Shown in pieces: positions 27,969 to 32,000 of a DNA stretch of 32,000 nt (position 1 is its first letter; every line of letters starts with the position of its first letter). A program made the translations under genes and the position numbers. This DNA comes from Promethearchaeota archaeon. GTDB lineage: Archaea > Asgardarchaeota > Hermodarchaeia > Hermodarchaeales > Hermodarchaeaceae. Where the stretch lies: contig JBHLMG010000001.1 in assembly GCA_048938385.1 (NCBI GenBank), positions 183,703-215,702 of the forward strand. The letters are read 5' to 3'. The notes beneath the pieces were generated by a model. The model did no database searches and had not been told where the DNA came from. It saw nothing but the letters and a program-made list of their open reading frames with translations.

Positions 27969-29362
27969 TTTTCTCCCTCCATAGCCCACCTAAAGCCGTC
28001 TACTAGGTGGTCTATTTGCATTTGCGAATGGCTTTCAGTGATACAAACCAATGCTGATTGTCCAAGGCTGGGAAAGCTGACATCGAGAGGAATACCTGCT
28101 AGTATCCGTTTTTGTTGCATCCGTTTCAAGAGGCTTCTAATCGACTTTTCTTTGTCATCAAGCTTGACCACAAATTCCTTGAAATGTGGCGCTTCAAAAA
28201 GAGGTGCTTGAATACCTTTCAAGGCATTTAATTGTTGTTCAGCATAGCTGCGTAGTTGTAAAATCATTTTTCCGAGTTGAGCTAGTCCTCTTGGACCTAG
28301 CAATGATAGGTAGACGGCTGCAGTGATGGCGGATAGGGCTTGGTTTGAACAAATGTTCGAGGTTGCCTTTTCTCTGCGGATGTGTTGCTCTCGAGCTTGA
28401 ACAGTCATTACGAACCCACGTTCATCCCCATCCTTTATTGTAGTTAGTCCAATAATCCGACCCGGAAGCTGTCGAAGTAGCTTTCTGTCATCTTGGCTTG
28501 CGAATAATCCCAATAACGGTCCACCGAGATTAATGGAACTGCCTAAAGGTTGCCCTTCACCTATGACGATATCAGCTCCAAACGATCCTGGTGGGCGTAT
28601 CACGCCAAGTGAGATGGGGTCTACACCAACAACTACTAGGGCGCCAGCGTCATGAGCGATCTCTGTTATTACATCAACTTGGTCTTGCAAAAAACCAAGA
28701 TAAGATGGATTCTCGAAATACACTCCTGCTGTTTGGTTGTTAACAAGCTTTTTCAATTGCTCAATATTCATCTGACCAGTTCGAGGATCAAACCCAATCG
28801 TCTTAACAACAATACCTGCAGGTTGGGTGTAGGTATCTAAGACACTACGACGATTCGGTGAAATCGCTGTAGGTACCAAAAAGTCTGTACGGTTAGTCAC
28901 ACGCCGGGTCATCAAAGCAGCTTCCCCAAGGGCACTCGCCCAATCGTACATTGAAGCGTTGACGATGGGTAATTCCACTAATTCAGCAATTAGGCTCTGA
29001 TACTCAAATAGCGCTTGGAGCATTCCTTGGCTGATTTCCGCCTGGTAAGGAGTATACGCCGTGAGGAACTCGGTCCGGCTGGTAACTGTTTTAACGACTT
29101 CGGGAATAGTGTGTGGCCACGCTCCCCCTCCGAGAAAACTCACTCCACTTCGTGTATCCCAATTGCGCTCTAACCTCTGAGAAATGGTCTGATGCACTTC
29201 TCTTTCAGATAGCCCTTCAGGGATGTTCAGTTTCTTGGTAAGAAGAAACTTCGACGGTATGTCCTCGAATAGTTCATGAATATTCCTAATACCCAGAGTA
29301 GCAAGCATTTCTGTTTCTTGCTCTCCTACAGTCGGTAGGAATGAATGGCGGATTTCGGGCAC
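27965..29362 (-). CDS. gcvPA: Glycine dehydrogenase (decarboxylating) subunit 1
   Basis: 465 aa. SFLGGGAWPHTIPEVV, TAYTPYQAEISQGMLQALFEYQSLIAEL, EKATSNICSNQALSAITAAVYLSLLG. Confidence 0.95.
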   Translation of the reverse strand: MPEIRHSFLPTVGEQETEMLATLGIRNIHELFEDIPSKFLLTKKLNIPEGLSEREVHQTISQRLERNWDTRSGVSFLGGGAWPHTIPEVVKTVTSRTEFLTAYTPYQAEISQGMLQALFEYQSLIAELVELPIVNASMYDWASALGEAALMTRRVTNRTDFLVPTAISPNRRSVLDTYTQPAGIVVKTIGFDPRTGQMNIEQLKKLVNNQTAGVYFENPSYLGFLQDQVDVITEIAHDAGALVVVGVDPISLGVIRPPGSFGADIVIGEGQPLGSSINLGGPLLGLFASQDDRKLLRQLPGRIIGLTTIKDGDERGFVMTVQAREQHIRREKATSNICSNQALSAITAAVYLSLLGPRGLAQLGKMILQLRSYAEQQLNALKGIQAPLFEAPHFKEFVVKLDDKEKSIRSLLKRMQQKRILAGIPLDVSFPSLGQSALVCITESHSQMQIDHLVDGFRWAMEGEK

Positions 29363-29440
29363 TTTGGCTACCTCACAACTGTTCGGACGCTTTTAAGCAA
29401 AATAACTTTCTACCTGACTACATACTAATGTTACTCAAAA

Positions 29441-29456
29441 AAGAGTAGCTACTCTT
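29441..29456. promoter_or_regulatory. 16-bp perfect palindrome overlapping a TATA-like element upstream of the ECF S gene
   Basis: AAGAGTAGCTACTCTT followed by CTTAAATA (29454-29461). Lies in the divergent gcvPA/ECF intergenic region. Confidence 0.5.
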
Positions 29457-29502
29457 AAATATCAGGAATCGCCAAAGCGACCTCTCCCGAGGAGGTCAAT
29501 CC

Positions 29503-30102
29503 TTGAGTGCGCAGAATAAATTACAACGATTCAACACAAAAACTGTGGCTTATATTGCGTTTATGGCAGCCTTGGGAACTGCCGTGTCTATCTTAACAAT
29601 TAACATGGTGCAACTTGGAGTTACCCAAATCGCCTTAGATCTAAGTCACTTAGGAACTTTTCTCGTCGCTATTCCAGGAGGAGCTATACTTGGCGCCATC
29701 ACAGGATTGATTGCCGGTATTTATCCCGGGATAGCCTTCGGATATATTTGGGGGCAATTAGGAATAGTAGGTCTTTTAGGATTACCTGTAGGGAAAGGCA
29801 TGACGGGGTTCACCAGTGGACTTCTCCAACGGTCACTCAAACGCCCTTTCTTATCCGTAACTGTCGGATATGTGCCTGAATGCGTTTTCACAATTTGGCT
29901 CTTCATGTTCATCGTACCTTTCTTTACACCCATTCCCGCCCAATTCGTCCTCACCATCGCCCTAAGTATCGTAACGAAAGCATGGATAGAAATTCTTTTC
30001 ATGGGCTTCGTTATGGAAACAGCGTTCCTATCCCGTGGAATCGTAAGTATGCTGCGAACAATCTTCCCTAAGTGGGATTACACACCGCTTACCGAATTAT
30101 AA
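29503..30102 (+). CDS. ECF-type transporter substrate-binding (S) component-like membrane protein
   Basis: 199 aa from TTG. Multiple TM helices: AYIAFMAALGTAVSILT...LDLSHLGTFLVAIPGGAILGAITGLIAGIYPG. A Shine-Dalgarno-like GGAGGT sits 6 nt upstream. Confidence 0.7.
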   Translation: MSAQNKLQRFNTKTVAYIAFMAALGTAVSILTINMVQLGVTQIALDLSHLGTFLVAIPGGAILGAITGLIAGIYPGIAFGYIWGQLGIVGLLGLPVGKGMTGFTSGLLQRSLKRPFLSVTVGYVPECVFTIWLFMFIVPFFTPIPAQFVLTIALSIVTKAWIEILFMGFVMETAFLSRGIVSMLRTIFPKWDYTPLTEL

Positions 30103-30230
30103 CAAACTGTTGTCTCATCGCATCCTGATATGGCGTAAGATTTTTATTGAAGCGCAAGGATTGCCCGTTCAACACATCCTACACTGAAAACCAACTCTTG
30201 TAACTAACTATAACTAATGGAGGAACATGT

Positions 30231-31898
30231 ATGGCACAAATGCAAGGCATTCCAGTACTCTTGCTTAAGGAAGGCACAGAGAGATCTCGGGGCCGGGATG
30301 CCCGTGAAAATAACATCATGGCTGTACGCGCCCTTGCCGATTCGGTTCGTACTTCTCTGGGCCCTCGTGGTCAGGATAAAATGCTGGTTGATAGCCTCGG
30401 TGATGTAACCATCACAAATGATGGTGCCACTATCCTCGACGAGATTGAAGTGCAGCATCCTGCTGCAAAAATGCTCGTCCAAGTGGCTAAGGCGCAAGAT
30501 GCAGAAACTGGTGATGGTACGACCTCTGCTGTTGTTCTTTGTGGTGAACTGCTCAAGCAGGCCCAAGGAATCATTGACGCGGGTGTCCATCCAACAGTCA
30601 TAATATCTGGTTATCGAAAAGCTGTTGACAGAGCCATCGAAATTCTCGATGGTATGTCGGTTGAATGCACACGCGAAGATCGTGATAAATTATTGAAAGT
30701 GTCTGACACATCTATGTCTAGCAAACTCGTTGCTGAAGCCAAAGACTTTCTCTCACCCATTGCTGTTGATGCAGTGTTACAAATCACTGAAGAGACAGGG
30801 CATGGGCTCGTTGCTGATATTGATCACATCAAAGTAGAGAAGAAAGAAGGCGGTTCGATTCGGGACACTCAATTAGTACGCGGTGTCATTGTTGACAAAG
30901 AAATCGTTCATTCGGAAATGCCACGGCGAATTTCAAAAGCTAAAATGGCACTTGTGAACGCGTCCATGGAAGTTGAAAAAACCGAGATGGATGCAGAAAT
31001 CCGAATCACAGATCCTGAACAAATGAAAGCTTTTCTGGATGAAGAACAGCGAATGCTCAAAAAAATCTCCGATAAGGTGAAAGAAATCGGTGCTAATGTG
31101 GTCTTTTGCCAAAAGGGCATCGATGACAAGGTTCAACATTATCTCGCTAAGGAAGGCATTCTTGCGGTTCGCCGAATCAAGAAGAGCGACATGGAAGCCC
31201 TCGCCCGTGCAACAGGAGGACGCGTAGTCTCTTCCATCGATCACCTCACAGAAGTTGATCTTGGAGCCTGTGAACTCGTTGAAGAGCGTAAGGTCGGTGA
31301 TGACAAAATGGTCTTCGTCGAAGGCTGCAAAGATCCTAAAACCGTGAGTGTTCTCATAAGGGGAGGTACAGAACGCGTCGTAGACGAAGCAGAACGAGCA
31401 TTTCACGACGCCGTCTCTGTCATTCGTGATGCCGTTGAAGATGGCAAAATTGTTGCTGGTGGTGGCGCTCCAGAAGTCGAGGTGGCGTCGCAGCTCCGTG
31501 AATTTGCCGCTACCCTGAAGGGTCGTGAACAAATCGCAGTGAACAAGTTCGCTGATGGCATAGAAACAATTCCCAAGACTTTAGCCGAAAACGCAGGCCA
31601 CGATCCCATTGATGTGCTTGTTGCCCTTCGCTCCGAACATGGAGCTGGGAAAGCGACGATGGGAGTAGACATCCTTTCAGGAAAAGCCAAAGATATGCTC
31701 AAATCCGGCGTTCTTGAACCTCTCCGGGTTAAAACGCATGCAATCCGATCCGCTACAGAAGCAGCATCACTCATCCTAAGAATTGATGATGTAATCGCTG
31801 CTAAACGAAGCGCTGCTCCCGCAGGGGGTCCAGGCGGAATGCCTCCAGGGATGGGTGGCATGGGTGGCATGGGTGGCATGCCTCCTGGCATGATGTAA
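30231..31898 (+). CDS. ths: Thermosome (group II chaperonin) subunit
   Basis: 555 aa. [62 protein letters not shown]-rich C-terminus. GGAGG Shine-Dalgarno upstream. Confidence 0.97.
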   Translation: MAQMQGIPVLLLKEGTERSRGRDARENNIMAVRALADSVRTSLGPRGQDKMLVDSLGDVTITNDGATILDEIEVQHPAAKMLVQVAKAQDAETGDGTTSAVVLCGELLKQAQGIIDAGVHPTVIISGYRKAVDRAIEILDGMSVECTREDRDKLLKVSDTSMSSKLVAEAKDFLSPIAVDAVLQITEETGHGLVADIDHIKVEKKEGGSIRDTQLVRGVIVDKEIVHSEMPRRISKAKMALVNASMEVEKTEMDAEIRITDPEQMKAFLDEEQRMLKKISDKVKEIGANVVFCQKGIDDKVQHYLAKEGILAVRRIKKSDMEALARATGGRVVSSIDHLTEVDLGACELVEERKVGDDKMVFVEGCKDPKTVSVLIRGGTERVVDEAERAFHDAVSVIRDAVEDGKIVAGGGAPEVEVASQLREFAATLKGREQIAVNKFADGIETIPKTLAENAGHDPIDVLVALRSEHGAGKATMGVDILSGKAKDMLKSGVLEPLRVKTHAIRSATEAASLILRIDDVIAAKRSAAPAGGPGGMPPGMGGMGGMGGMPPGMM

Positions 31899-31901
31899 AC
31901 A

Positions 31902-31940
31902 CGCGCCCGCCTATGCGGGTGCGCCTTTCTCCTTTTTTAA
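31902..31940 (+). terminator. GC-rich hairpin and T-rich tract after thermosome
   Basis: GCGCCCGC-CTAT-GCGGGTGCGC followed by ctttctcctttttt. Confidence 0.45.
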
Positions 31941-32000
31941 AATTCTTTTTTACTCCGGTGTCTAATTGTAAGTAGGTATTCATCATGAAGCAGCAATTTG

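Noticed and set aside
30933-31891. Minus-strand ORFs inside the thermosome gene (199 and 162 aa)
   Set aside because: They are shadows of a well-conserved coding sequence. The GGM-rich repeat creates a low-complexity antisense ORF.

Overview
The window is a 32 kb archaeal chromosomal segment, mostly informational genes. A split-RNAP/str-type block reads rpoB (unsplit) - rpoA' - rpoA'' - rpl30e - nusA-like - rps12 - rps7 - tef1a - rps10, and an S10-type block reads rpl3 - rpl4 - rpl23 - rpl2. Other genes are coaD, DUF1512, a Nudix hydrolase, rpiA, an EndA-family tRNA splicing endonuclease, a hydrogenase-maturation protease-like gene, a SPOUT (COG2106/DUF171-like) methyltransferase, rtcB + archease, gcvPA/gcvPB, an ECF transporter S component and a thermosome. 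I found by eye a 5S rRNA and nine tRNAs: Pro, Thr x2, Leu, Met, Arg, Tyr, Asp, Ser. Six of the nine tRNAs are interrupted, by eight introns in total. Several introns are non-canonical: Leu between positions 8 and 9, Arg in both the D-loop and the T-loop, and Met in the T-arm. Many have explicit bulge-helix-bulge (BHB) geometry. The EndA homologue in the same cluster appears to lack the catalytic His. This fits a heteromeric, broad-specificity splicing endonuclease, with rtcB/archease also in the window. Mobile or selfish elements are a free-standing LAGLIDADG ORF between two tRNAs, and a TnpB whose canonical RuvC-II Glu is Gly but which keeps a possible alternative Glu. I see no CRISPR, no inteins and no clearly new multi-gene system. 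The most interesting signal is the tRNA intron/splicing landscape.
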